Shown: piece after piece, positions 16,619 through 26,514 of the stretch | Layout: the number at the start of each line of letters is the position of its first letter | How positions within the stretch are numbered: position 1 is the first letter of the stretch | NCBI GenBank assembly: GCA_037133055.1 | Contig: JBAXOY010000013.1 | Span: forward strand, 1-40,860 | Direction of reading: 5' to 3' | DNA: 40,860 bases | From: Chlamydiota bacterium | GTDB taxonomy: Bacteria > Auribacterota > Tritonobacteria > UBA1439 | The notes under the pieces: model-generated | Seen by the model: the letters and a program-made list of their open reading frames with translations, nothing else | What the model was told of the DNA's origin: nothing | The model's database searches: none | Translations under genes and position numbers: made by a program

Positions 16619-17891
16619 AACTTGCCCCCATAAGGATCTGGTTGACGAAACCCGTCCACCGGCCGTTGATTGAAGTGAAGGGCGCGCCCACCATATTGTT
16701 TATTTTTCGCGGCTGAATAGCAACTGCGGCATAACAGAGATCGACGGAGAATTTTTTATACGTATAGCCCAGGCCGAGTGACGCCACGTTTCTGTCCGCG
16801 TCGGGTATCACGGGGTTAAAATAGGCGCTCGGGACCGGGCTCTGTATATGGCACCAGCCGCTCCTGAATGAAACCCCCTTGAACGGCCCGAGCTCCGCGC
16901 CGAGTGAATAGACCCAACTGTCGTGGAAGTTGAATGCGATTGACTGGCCGGGGAATCGCCCGGTCGGGTCATCCAAATTTATGGAAACGTTCTTGAAACG
17001 GCTGAACTTCAGCCAGGTGATGTCGGCGTCGAATTTAAACCAATCGACCGGCTGGAACATATAGCCACCCGTGAGCTTCATGGGCAGAACGAATTTCGAT
17101 GTGGCGGGGAAAGATATCTCCGGTACGGGGGAGAGAGAAGGGGGGAAACCCGCCAGCTTGAACTTGCCATGCTCGTTGATATCCTGATGGCTCGCGAAGG
17201 ATATTCCAAGAGAGTGCATTTTCTTCATCTTGAACATAGCGCCGAGATTCCAGCCGAAGCCATGGCCTTCTCCCCTGAAGGTTGCGCCGCCGGGTTGCCC
17301 CGACGGGATCCCCGTTGTGAGAGCGCCAAAATCCAGAAGAGACTTGGTGACGGTCTGTCCGTAGGTGAGATCGAATCCGCCTCCGACGGAAGCCCAATCA
17401 AACGGCTTGGGGCCGCGCAAGGCCCATACGAATCTGTTGTCGAGAGTTTTCAATGAGCCCAGGTAGCCGAGGGGGGCGACGGGCGTATCCTTGGGATACG
17501 CGCTTGAAAGTCCATATTCTGAAAAGGCGCCATATCCGAAGGATAGATATTTGTTGAAAAGATCCGTTGTGATGAACCCATCGGGGATAAAAAATTGCTG
17601 TTTCTTAGTCCTGAACTCCTGGGTTTCGTTTTTGTATCTGGGGTCTATGATGCTCAGGTTCGCCGTGGTGGACAGCGGGCTATCGAGGAATGCGATACCG
17701 GCGGGGTTATAAAATACGGCCGATGCATTATCGGCCCGACCTACGAACGCATTACCCATGCCTGCCGCTTTGGCGTCTTGAGGAGGGTTCCTAAATGCCT
17801 GCGCAGAAACAGCAGCGGGCATGAAAGCAGAAATCAAGAGAATCGCCGCAGTACGGAGCCGATTATTCGCAATCAATGGTGACCATCTCAT
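16608..17891 (-). CDS. OmpP1/FadL/TodX-family outer-membrane transporter for hydrophobic molecules
   Basis: Signal peptide; GMGNAFVGRADNASAVFYNPAG hatch motif; PDADR; SLGLGY; aromatic C-terminal strand. Confidence 0.88.
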   Translation of the reverse strand: MRWSPLIANNRLRTAAILLISAFMPAAVSAQAFRNPPQDAKAAGMGNAFVGRADNASAVFYNPAGIAFLDSPLSTTANLSIIDPRYKNETQEFRTKKQQFFIPDGFITTDLFNKYLSFGYGAFSEYGLSSAYPKDTPVAPLGYLGSLKTLDNRFVWALRGPKPFDWASVGGGFDLTYGQTVTKSLLDFGALTTGIPSGQPGGATFRGEGHGFGWNLGAMFKMKKMHSLGISFASHQDINEHGKFKLAGFPPSLSPVPEISFPATSKFVLPMKLTGGYMFQPVDWFKFDADITWLKFSRFKNVSINLDDPTGRFPGQSIAFNFHDSWVYSLGAELGPFKGVSFRSGWCHIQSPVPSAYFNPVIPDADRNVASLGLGYTYKKFSVDLCYAAVAIQPRKINNMVGAPFTSINGRWTGFVNQILMGASYAL

Positions 17892-17903
17892 ACGACCCTC
17901 CTA

Positions 17904-17919
17904 AGCAAGTTTTATGCCA
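17904..17919 (-). promoter_or_regulatory. Sigma54-like -24/-12 element upstream of the fadL-like gene
   Basis: The minus strand reads TGGCAT-aaaac-TTGCT. It lies unusually close to the RBS and ATG, so function is uncertain. Confidence 0.45.
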
Positions 17920-18418
17920 TCGCATAGGATAAATTACCATTATGCAACATGCGTGTTGCCATGTAGTTAGAATGCCCGCTTAACACTGCCTCATCCAGCC
18001 TTCACAAATTAATATACATGAATGCACGTTATTGAGCGTAACAATTGTGCAACATTGTACATATATTACAGACTTGTCTTACCCTGTCAGTTTCTGTTTG
18101 TCCACGCACCATGCCTATGCAAAAGATAAAAGCGGGCATTATGTCGCGCGCGAAGAGAAAGGGGGAGATGTAATGGCTCGTGTGATGATAGCGAGGCAGG
18201 GGAGAGGAGCATGGACGAAAACAGCGCACAACATACGGCTTTCGATTTTTCTTTCATAGCGATAAGAAAAATCTCACAGAACAACCGCGTGACATATAGC
18301 ATGGAAAGCGTGCGAGTGTGCTGAAACATAACAAATGCCCGATAAAATTGCCAGAGAAAAATATAGTACGAAAACTATAGTACGGGGGGTCACGTACGGG
18401 GGGTATCTTCTTCTGGAT

Positions 18419-18885
18419 GTCATTCCCGCGAAATCGGGAATCCAGCGTTACACGCTTCAACGCCGGGACGCAGATGAACGCAGATTGTCAGGATGGACGC
18501 GGATAAGATCATGGCGTGAAGGCATAAAGAGAATCGGCATTCGGGACGCAGATGAACGCAGAGCGCGCAGATACCACAACGGTTCTGGGAAGAAAGTTCA
18601 AGGGGAAAATGGGGAAGTGAAGGAGGCTCCGCGTCCCATTCATTCTTGAAAATCATGTGCTGTTTCTGTATCTGCGTTCATCCGCGAAATCTGTGTCCAG
18701 AATGATGTACCCTCTGCTGCTTCATTGTATCCATCCTATTCAAGCGATCCGCGTCCCATGTGGGTATCCCGCCGCTTTTGTGCCCTTTTGTATCCTGTCT
18801 ATCCTGACGATCTGCGTTCATCTGCGGGCTACTTCCAAGCTGGATCCCGGTTGAAGTGTACCCCTGCGAAAGCATGGGCCGGTGG
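18419..18885. repeat. Nested inverted-repeat cluster (REP/MITE-like)
   Basis: GTCATTCCCGCGAAATCGGGAATCCAG at 18419-18445 with partner GCTGGATCCC at 18839-18848; CGGGACGCAGATGAACGCAGA at 18464 and 18542, with inverted copies at 18671 and 18811. Confidence 0.8.
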
Positions 18886-19008
18886 GAAAAATCACATGCT
18901 GTTCCGGGGGCCTATAAGAATAATTGTTCGATACTGAACAAAAATAGTTGACAAGCTCATCGAAATGTTCAAAAATGGGCAAGATCTTGGGGTGGGTCGT
19001 AACTGCCT

Positions 19009-20661
19009 ATGCGAAGCATCCTTATAAGCTACGCCGGCTATCCGTTTACGCCGAGCAGCCTCATGCCGGACAATGGCCTTGCCAATCTTGCCGGGGCCCT
19101 CATCGAAGCAGGCCACGAGACCCTCATCCTCGACTACGGCACGGTGGATATGATTAAACGGCTCTATCCCGAACATATTGCGCAGAAGACGAAACCTATA
19201 TATCGCAAGATTTTCGGCACTGATGGGAAAAGCGCAAAACCGTCTCTTGTGGATCTTGTAGTACTCAAATACTTCACGTATAAACTGGAAAAACACCAAG
19301 AGCGGGTAATCGACGACATTGCCGCCGAGGTGATCGCAAAGATAAAAGAGTTCAAGCCCGACTTTATCGGCTTTAAGCTCTGGAACGGCGACGGCTTCAC
19401 GGGGTCCATCCGCATCGCTGAGACTATCAAGAAGGAATTCCCCGCCCTGAAGATATTTGGTGGCGGGCCGCAGGTGGATATCTTCAAGGGGCATATCTAT
19501 TCCGCAACCGGGGTATTCGATGCGCTCATCTATGCGGAGGGAGAGGAGGTTATCACCCTTCTCTGCGACTATTGCAGGGGCGCACTGCCTCTTTCGCAGA
19601 TTCCGAATGTCATGTATCGGGAGGGCCCCCGAATACAGGAGAATGCGGTGCGATGGATCGAAAATCTGGACACGCTTCCCTATCCCCTCTATGATTCTGA
19701 TGCATATCCCAGCATGGCGGGAAATCAGAAGATAAAGATCATTGTCCTTGACGAGAGCAGGGGATGCCCCAGTCACTGTGCATTCTGTATTCAGCCGGTG
19801 AAGAGCGGAACAAGACTCAGGCTGAAGAGTCCCCGGCGGGTGGTCGATGAGATCAGCAAGATTATGCGATCGCACGGAGTACGCGCGTTTCGCTACGCGG
19901 GTTCCACCACCCCGCTCAGGCATGCCGCCGCTATTGCGCGTGAAATACTTGACGCAGGTGTGACGATCACGTATTCCTCCTTCGGCCATATCCAAAAGGC
20001 AAGTGATGCGGAATTCGAAGTGCTCAGGCAATCAGGCTGTTACGCCATCTTCTTTGGCATAGAGTCCGGATCCAGCGAAGTGCTCCAGAAAGGATTCGGG
20101 AAACGGATTGATCCGGATCTGATACGGCAGACACTCATATCATGCCGGAACGCCGGTATCTTCACCGTGGGAAGCATGATTTTCCCGGGTCCTTTTGAGA
20201 CCGCAATGACAGAGAAAGAGAGCATCGAGCTCCTCACCGCGATAAAACCGGATTCGGTCCCCATTCAATTCCCCGGAATATATCCCGGGACTGCTTGGAG
20301 GGAGATGCCGCACAGATACAATTTTGAAATCACCGCAAGAGATTACGAGCGGGAAATGATGAAGTATAAAATAAAGCTCCTTTATCCGCCCGGGTTCTGG
20401 GCTCCATTGCCCTATCGCCTTAACAACATGTCGTACAAGGAATTCACGCGCAAGACGGAGGAGTTTGCGCGCGCACTCGAGGATCGCGGGATCCTGACCC
20501 ACATCTCCGATGACCAGGCGCTCATGGCCTTTCATGCTGGATATGGGGGAGAGGAAAGGCGCTTCAGGGATCAGCTCAGATTGGCTTTCTTGACGGGCGA
20601 CGTTGCGTTGATAGGGGAAATTACCTCTCACATAAATAGATCAGTGATGCGAAAGAACTAA
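19009..20661 (+). CDS. B12-binding-domain radical SAM enzyme
   Basis: N-terminal cobalamin-binding Rossmann region (GLANLAGALIEAGH, PDFIGF, GGGPQ, AEGEE); SRGCPSHCAFC (CxxxCxxC); FGIESGS. Confidence 0.92.
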   Translation: MRSILISYAGYPFTPSSLMPDNGLANLAGALIEAGHETLILDYGTVDMIKRLYPEHIAQKTKPIYRKIFGTDGKSAKPSLVDLVVLKYFTYKLEKHQERVIDDIAAEVIAKIKEFKPDFIGFKLWNGDGFTGSIRIAETIKKEFPALKIFGGGPQVDIFKGHIYSATGVFDALIYAEGEEVITLLCDYCRGALPLSQIPNVMYREGPRIQENAVRWIENLDTLPYPLYDSDAYPSMAGNQKIKIIVLDESRGCPSHCAFCIQPVKSGTRLRLKSPRRVVDEISKIMRSHGVRAFRYAGSTTPLRHAAAIAREILDAGVTITYSSFGHIQKASDAEFEVLRQSGCYAIFFGIESGSSEVLQKGFGKRIDPDLIRQTLISCRNAGIFTVGSMIFPGPFETAMTEKESIELLTAIKPDSVPIQFPGIYPGTAWREMPHRYNFEITARDYEREMMKYKIKLLYPPGFWAPLPYRLNNMSYKEFTRKTEEFARALEDRGILTHISDDQALMAFHAGYGGEERRFRDQLRLAFLTGDVALIGEITSHINRSVMRKN

Positions 20662-20662
20662 A

Positions 20663-21922
20663 ATGAGAAAGCGTGTTGTAGTAACAGGCCTGGGCCCAAT
20701 TTCTTGTAGTGGCATAGGCAAAGAGGCGTTCTGGGATTCACTTATCCATGGCCGTTCCGGGATAACGGAAATTACTCGATTTGATGCATCCAAATTCCCA
20801 AGTCGAATTGCAGGGGAAGTAAAAGGTTTCAAGCCTGAAGAATTTATGACCCATGCTACCGCCACTTCGGCAGCGCGCTTTGCCCAACTTGCGGTCGCAG
20901 CCGCCCGATGTGCTTTTGATGACGCGGGTATAACGCTTAATGGGAGCGACCCGTATCGCATTGGGGTATGCATGGGATCATCTTCTCTTGGGATAGGCGA
21001 TATAGGAGAAAAATATATCCCGCTCTTCTTTCAAAAGGGGCTAAGAACAATTCATCCGCTTACCTGCGTTGAATATACCACTCATATGGCTACCGCGTAT
21101 GTCCCAATAGAACTCCACATAAAAGGGCCAAATACAACGATTTCGTCAGGGTGTTCCACGGCGATAGATGGTATTAATTGGGCATGGGATCAGATTAACA
21201 AAGGGAGCGCCGACCTAATTATTGTAGGAGCCTCAGATGCTCCTATTTTTCCGTTTACCTTTGGGACCTTTTGCGCTGTCCGCACGCTTTCGAAGAGGAA
21301 CGACGATCCGCCAAAGGCGTCAAGACCATATGATGCGAAGAGAGATGGCATGGTACTCAGCGAAGCAGGAGCGGCGATAGTTCTCGAGGAATTGAATCAT
21401 GCCCTTGAAAGAGGGGCACGGATATATGGGGAGATACTGGGCTTCGCATCGGTCTCTGAGGCCGCTCAAACCGTTGCCGTGGAAATGTCGGGTACGAGCA
21501 TCTCAAAGGCGATTGAATTAGCCCTTAATGCTGCGAACCTCAATCCTGCCGATATTGATTATATCAATGCGCACGGCAACTCGATGGTGGACTATGATAT
21601 CAGCGAGACAAATGGTTTCAAGAAGGCATTGGGCAGCCATGCGTACATGATCCCGATTAGCTCCCTCAAATCAATGATGGGCCAATCACTTGCACCGGCT
21701 TCAGGCCTCCAGATTATTTCATCGTGTCTTTCGCTTTCCAATAGTGTTATCCCACCCACCATCAATTATGAATTCCCTGATCCTCAGTGCGATTTGGACT
21801 ATGTCCCCAATAGAGCGAGATACAACAGAATCACTACCGCGTTGATCAATTCACATAGTGTGGGAGGAACACACTCAGTAATTATACTTGGACGATACAC
21901 CACCCCGAATAGCGAGGGTTGA
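20663..21922 (+). CDS. FabF/KAS II-like beta-ketoacyl synthase with an atypical active site
   Basis: RVVVTGLG, SRPYDAKRDG, SSGCST (Cys), NAHG (His1), KSMMGQ (Gln where His2 is expected), IPPTIN, CDLDYVPN. Confidence 0.9.
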   Translation: MRKRVVVTGLGPISCSGIGKEAFWDSLIHGRSGITEITRFDASKFPSRIAGEVKGFKPEEFMTHATATSAARFAQLAVAAARCAFDDAGITLNGSDPYRIGVCMGSSSLGIGDIGEKYIPLFFQKGLRTIHPLTCVEYTTHMATAYVPIELHIKGPNTTISSGCSTAIDGINWAWDQINKGSADLIIVGASDAPIFPFTFGTFCAVRTLSKRNDDPPKASRPYDAKRDGMVLSEAGAAIVLEELNHALERGARIYGEILGFASVSEAAQTVAVEMSGTSISKAIELALNAANLNPADIDYINAHGNSMVDYDISETNGFKKALGSHAYMIPISSLKSMMGQSLAPASGLQIISSCLSLSNSVIPPTINYEFPDPQCDLDYVPNRARYNRITTALINSHSVGGTHSVIILGRYTTPNSEG

Positions 21923-24441
21923 TCTTGAATAGCAACACCATCATGCTCATCTTCGCAGCCGCGGTTAATATTGGCTTGGCGATATTTACCTTCAAACGCA
22001 ATCCGCACAACTCTGTAAATAGGATTTTCAGCCTCTTTGCGCTCAATATATCGTTCTGGTCACTCGCGGTATGTATGGGCGTACTGGCGTGGAGTGAAAT
22101 GAGCGCTGCATTCTGGATCCGCATGAGTTTTGTTGCTGCAGCATTCATTCCCGCAACATTCTATGCATTTACATGCGTTTTCCCGGATGGGAGGAGGATA
22201 TCTCTCAGACATTTTGTGTTTTTTATTACGAGTTGCTGTGTGGCCACTGTCATCTTTGGCTCCTCCCTTTTGAGCGGCGTACAAATTGGCGCCCGCATCC
22301 CCAAAACTCATTACGGGCTTTTATTCCCGATCTATATCACCTATTTCCTTTCCATCATGAGTATGGCTTTTTTCAAGCTTGCACGAAAATGGAAGCATTC
22401 CTTGGGGATAAAACGCCTGCAAATTCAATACGTGTTTTTGGGGGGCATGCTCTTTCTTTTGTTGGCGTCCCTCTCGAATTTTCTTGCACCCATGATGGGT
22501 GTGCAGCAAACGGAGGGTTACGGCCCGGTATTTACTCTGGTAATGACGGGATTTATTGTATATGCCATTGCCAAGTATCGATTAATGGATATCACCATCG
22601 TCATCAAGCGCACGACCCTCTATGCCTCACTTACCGCGTCCATCACCGCGGGATATATAGGTGTCGTTCTTCTGGCGAACTGGCTCATGGGGGGGATACT
22701 CGGCCTGCAAACGCTTATCACGGCAATGATCCCCGCGCTGCTTATTGCCTTCGCTTTCACGCCCCTCAAGGAAGTTATCCAGTCATTTATAGACAAGACA
22801 CTTTTCAAAAGGAGATACGAGCATCGGAAAATCCTCAGTGACCTCAGCAAAATTCTCACTTCGATCTTCAGCTTGGAGGAACTGCTATCGCTTATATTGG
22901 AAGTGATCACAAAGGCGATGGGTATCGAGAGCGGCGTCATCTATCTCCCGGATGGCGCCGGACACTATGGTGCAAAGGCCACACATGGGAGTGAAAAGTC
23001 GCCCATTGTCTATGGAGATATGCCCGATGACAACCCTCTTATCAGGAAACTCCTCTGGCATCGGGAACTCATCATCAAAGAGCAGCTTGAGAGGCTTCCG
23101 CCATCCCCACAGATGCGTGAGATCATTGCTCTGCTGGAGAATATGAAGAGCGGTATCTGCATCCCCGTGTACTCGAAAGACGCGCTGACCGGCATCCTCT
23201 TCTTCGGGCGCAAGGAGACGGGGGAGACATTCACGAGCGAGGACATGGAAATGTTCAGCACTCTCTCGCACCACATTGCCGTCGCCATCGAGAATGCGCA
23301 GCTCTACACGAAGGTGGAGGAGAGCAAGCGGTACCAGGAAATCCTGATGAACAGCCTCACCAGCGGTGTGGTCGCGGTGGATCTCAACTCAAGGATCACG
23401 GCGTTCAACAGCAGGGCTGAGGCGATACTTGGGCTTCCCGTCCAAGATATCCTCGGGAGGAGCATCACGGTCCTCCCTGCCGAGCTCCGCGAGATTCTCG
23501 CGGATACGCTGACAGAGAGAGCGAGCTTCAGCGCGGAGGAGGTGGTACTCAAGACCGACGGGACGAAAGAGGTGCCGCTCGCCGTGAGCTCCTCCATATT
23601 CAATAGCGCCGATGGTAAAACCCTGGGAGCCCTGATAGTGTTCTCCGACCTTACGGAGAGAAAAGCGCTTGAAGTCGAAATGCGCCATGCCGACAGGTTG
23701 GCCTCCCTCGGTACGCTTGCAGCCGGGATGGCCCATGAGATCAAGAATCCGCTGGTGTCACTGATGACATTCACGCAGCTTCTTCCTGAGAAATATTTTG
23801 ACAAGGAGTTTCGCGAGGATTTTTCCAAACTTGCCAATGAGGAGGTAAAAAGGATCAACTGCCTTGTGGAGCAGCTCCTCGATTTCGCCCGCCCGAGCTC
23901 GCCGATGTTCAAAATCACGGATCTTCGTGAAATCCTCAACAATACGTTAGTACTGCTGGGCAGCAAGATACACGAGCAGGGCGTTGAGGTGCGGAAAGAA
24001 ATTTCGGAAGAGCCGCTGATGGTTATGGCAGATGCCGACCAGATCAAGCAGGTTTTACTGAACGTGGTTATCAATGCATTGCAGGCAATGGAGAACAAGG
24101 GGGCGCTCACCGTGAGGGTTAGAAAAGTCTGGCCGGAACAGATAACGTACGGCACTGCTCGATCTGGCGGGCTGGCGAAGAGGGTTGCGAAGATCAAGAC
24201 GCAAGGGAGCGCAGTGATGGAGATCAGCGATACGGGAAAGGGGATTGATCCAAAAGACCTGCCGCATCTCTTTGACCCATTTTTCTCCACGAAAGAATCG
24301 GGCGTGGGACTCGGGCTCGCCATCGCCCACAGCATCATCGAGGAGCACGGAGGCATTATTGACGTAACGAGCGGGGCGGGGGAGGAGACTACGTTTTCCA
24401 TCTCCCTTCCGCTGGTGGAACAGATGGTATCGCATAGATGA
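21919..24441 (+). CDS. Membrane sensor histidine kinase (7TM-type N-terminus, GAF, PAS, HisKA, HATPase)
   Basis: TTG start overlapping the ketosynthase stop; multiple transmembrane helices ending YAIAKYRLMDI; GAF ending AVAIENAQLY; PAS; AHEIKNPL; N and G boxes. Confidence 0.92.
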   Translation: MILNSNTIMLIFAAAVNIGLAIFTFKRNPHNSVNRIFSLFALNISFWSLAVCMGVLAWSEMSAAFWIRMSFVAAAFIPATFYAFTCVFPDGRRISLRHFVFFITSCCVATVIFGSSLLSGVQIGARIPKTHYGLLFPIYITYFLSIMSMAFFKLARKWKHSLGIKRLQIQYVFLGGMLFLLLASLSNFLAPMMGVQQTEGYGPVFTLVMTGFIVYAIAKYRLMDITIVIKRTTLYASLTASITAGYIGVVLLANWLMGGILGLQTLITAMIPALLIAFAFTPLKEVIQSFIDKTLFKRRYEHRKILSDLSKILTSIFSLEELLSLILEVITKAMGIESGVIYLPDGAGHYGAKATHGSEKSPIVYGDMPDDNPLIRKLLWHRELIIKEQLERLPPSPQMREIIALLENMKSGICIPVYSKDALTGILFFGRKETGETFTSEDMEMFSTLSHHIAVAIENAQLYTKVEESKRYQEILMNSLTSGVVAVDLNSRITAFNSRAEAILGLPVQDILGRSITVLPAELREILADTLTERASFSAEEVVLKTDGTKEVPLAVSSSIFNSADGKTLGALIVFSDLTERKALEVEMRHADRLASLGTLAAGMAHEIKNPLVSLMTFTQLLPEKYFDKEFREDFSKLANEEVKRINCLVEQLLDFARPSSPMFKITDLREILNNTLVLLGSKIHEQGVEVRKEISEEPLMVMADADQIKQVLLNVVINALQAMENKGALTVRVRKVWPEQITYGTARSGGLAKRVAKIKTQGSAVMEISDTGKGIDPKDLPHLFDPFFSTKESGVGLGLAIAHSIIEEHGGIIDVTSGAGEETTFSISLPLVEQMVSHR

Positions 24442-24525
24442 GTGACGCATAACGTATCACCTGATCATCTGTATGTCCTCTATCGTGTCATCGTACGTAT
24501 GGCCGCATGCACTAAGGGGGTACCC

Positions 24526-26514
24526 ATGGCTTCGGGCGTGCTGATTTCCAGTGAGAAGCCGCTGGTCGAGTCGCTCAATCTCATCCTTGCCGACGTGGCG
24601 ACCATCCGGAAGGCCTCGACGGTCCAGGAGGGGCTCAAGACGATCATCAACCAGCCGCCGGACTTCGTCATCATGGATTCCTGCGTAAGGAACGGCGACA
24701 CGGGCGATGCGGTGCGAAAATTTCTTCAGATCCAGAAGTCGCTTCCCGTCATCGTGCTCGTCCCCTCCATCCATTCCCCGATCGTCGACGAGGTGAGGAA
24801 CGCGGGGGCGCACCTCGTGATCGAGAAGCCGTTTGACCGGCGGGTGGTGGTGGAAATCGTCGAGCGGGCGATTGAGAGGACACAGTTGCTCAACAAGATA
24901 GAATACCTCAGGACGCATGCACCCCGCTTTGCGGGCGGGAACGGCTCGACGCCGCCCGCAGTCCCCCAATATTATTACCGGGAGGTGGTGCGGCGGTTCT
25001 CAAAGGCAATATCCCAAGTGTTCGACTACCGGAAGCTCCTCGATCTCGCCGTAGAGGCGATCGTTGACACGTTCAACGCGGGCAAGGCGGCGATACTCCT
25101 CTATGAGCCTAGAACGGGAAAGTACATTCCCCTCGCATTCAGCGGTTATCCCAAAGAGCTCCCTGCCCTCAGGAGCTTCGACCAGGTTGACGAGCTGCCG
25201 GCATGGCTTGCAAAAAATAACCAGATCCTCCTGGCTCGTGCGATTCCGTCGAGCGATCTGGACTATGAGCTCTACCAGGAGGTGGGGGCCCTGGGGGCCG
25301 AGGTGGTCACCGGGTTGTTCGCCAAGGGTAAGCTCATCGGGATCGTGTCGATCGGCGCCAAAACGACGGGGAAGGGGTTCCACGATGATGATATAGAGCT
25401 GCTCTCCATTTTCTCCAGCTACCTGGCGATGGCGATAGAAAACGCCCTCCTCTACAGGGACATCGCCCGAAGCCACGCGCACAACGAGATGGTGTTGAAC
25501 TGTCTAAGAACAGGGATCGTGACCATAGATGCGCAGGGGATCGTCACCATTTTCAACAACGCCGCCGAGGAGATAGTGGAGATAAGGAGAGATGAGATCG
25601 TGGGGGAGAAGGTGGAAAAGATGGGGTCGGTCTTCGCCGACATCCTTCTGAAGACGCTCGGAGGTGAATCAATTTATACCCGTCACGAAATAATCTCCCC
25701 CTTGAATAAGAAGCCGTTGGGGGTGAGCACTTCCGAGATGAGGGATGAGGATGGGACGATTGACGGGGCGATTCTGGCGTTCGCCGACCTCTCCCGGATC
25801 AAGGTGCTCGAAGAGAAGGAGAAGGATTTCGAGCGGATTGAATTCTGGTCAAAGGTGGCGGGAAGGCTCGCCCACGAGGTGAAGAACCCGCTTGTCCCGA
25901 TAAAGACGTTCGCACAGCTCCTGCCGCAGCGGTACCAGGACAGCGAGTTCAGGGAGGAGTTTTACAAGGTCGTCAATTCGGAGATAGACAGGTTGAGCGG
26001 GATCATCACCCAGCTCACGAAGTTTGCCGACTCGGCCCCGCCCGACCTGAAGTCCGTGAATATCCACAACGTTCTTGACAATGCTCTTCTCGCAGCGAAG
26101 CCAAAGCTCGATGCGAAAAAGGCACTGGTGGTAAAGAACTTCGCGAAGGGCGAGCTTGTGACCATGGCCGACGCGGGCCTCCTCACCGAGGCGTTCGCGA
26201 ATATTCTCGATAACGCCGCCGATGCAGTCAGCGAGGGCGGGAGTATTACCATAGGCACGAGTTTCGCCCAGCCCCATCAGAGTAAGAATGGAGCCGTGGC
26301 GATCCTCTTTAAAGACGACGGCCAGGGGATGGCCGCGGATGAACTCAAGGACATATTCACGCCCTTTATGACGTCCAAGACAAAAGGGATGGGGCTCGGC
26401 CTCGCGATCGCCCGGAGGATCGTGATGGACCACCGTGGAGTGATCGAGGTGGACAGCGCCCCGGGGAAGGGGAGCACCGTCAAGGTGGTGATCCCGGCGG
26501 GAGGGAAGCCATGA
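24526..26514 (+). CDS. Cytoplasmic hybrid kinase (atypical REC, GAF, PAS, HisKA, HATPase)
   Basis: PDFVIMD...EKPF receiver-like domain lacking the N-terminal acidic pair; AMAIENALLY; AHEVKNPL; GMGLGL. ATG 24526 follows AAGGGGG; the ORF track starts it at 24442. Confidence 0.88.
   Translation: MASGVLISSEKPLVESLNLILADVATIRKASTVQEGLKTIINQPPDFVIMDSCVRNGDTGDAVRKFLQIQKSLPVIVLVPSIHSPIVDEVRNAGAHLVIEKPFDRRVVVEIVERAIERTQLLNKIEYLRTHAPRFAGGNGSTPPAVPQYYYREVVRRFSKAISQVFDYRKLLDLAVEAIVDTFNAGKAAILLYEPRTGKYIPLAFSGYPKELPALRSFDQVDELPAWLAKNNQILLARAIPSSDLDYELYQEVGALGAEVVTGLFAKGKLIGIVSIGAKTTGKGFHDDDIELLSIFSSYLAMAIENALLYRDIARSHAHNEMVLNCLRTGIVTIDAQGIVTIFNNAAEEIVEIRRDEIVGEKVEKMGSVFADILLKTLGGESIYTRHEIISPLNKKPLGVSTSEMRDEDGTIDGAILAFADLSRIKVLEEKEKDFERIEFWSKVAGRLAHEVKNPLVPIKTFAQLLPQRYQDSEFREEFYKVVNSEIDRLSGIITQLTKFADSAPPDLKSVNIHNVLDNALLAAKPKLDAKKALVVKNFAKGELVTMADAGLLTEAFANILDNAADAVSEGGSITIGTSFAQPHQSKNGAVAILFKDDGQGMAADELKDIFTPFMTSKTKGMGLGLAIARRIVMDHRGVIEVDSAPGKGSTVKVVIPAGGKP

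Noticed and set aside
18029..18937. Several short ORFs in the region between the fadL-like gene and the radical SAM gene
   Set aside because: Their translations (VIPAKSGIQ, LDSRFRGND, ICVHLR) are read-outs of the palindromic repeats, not credible proteins.
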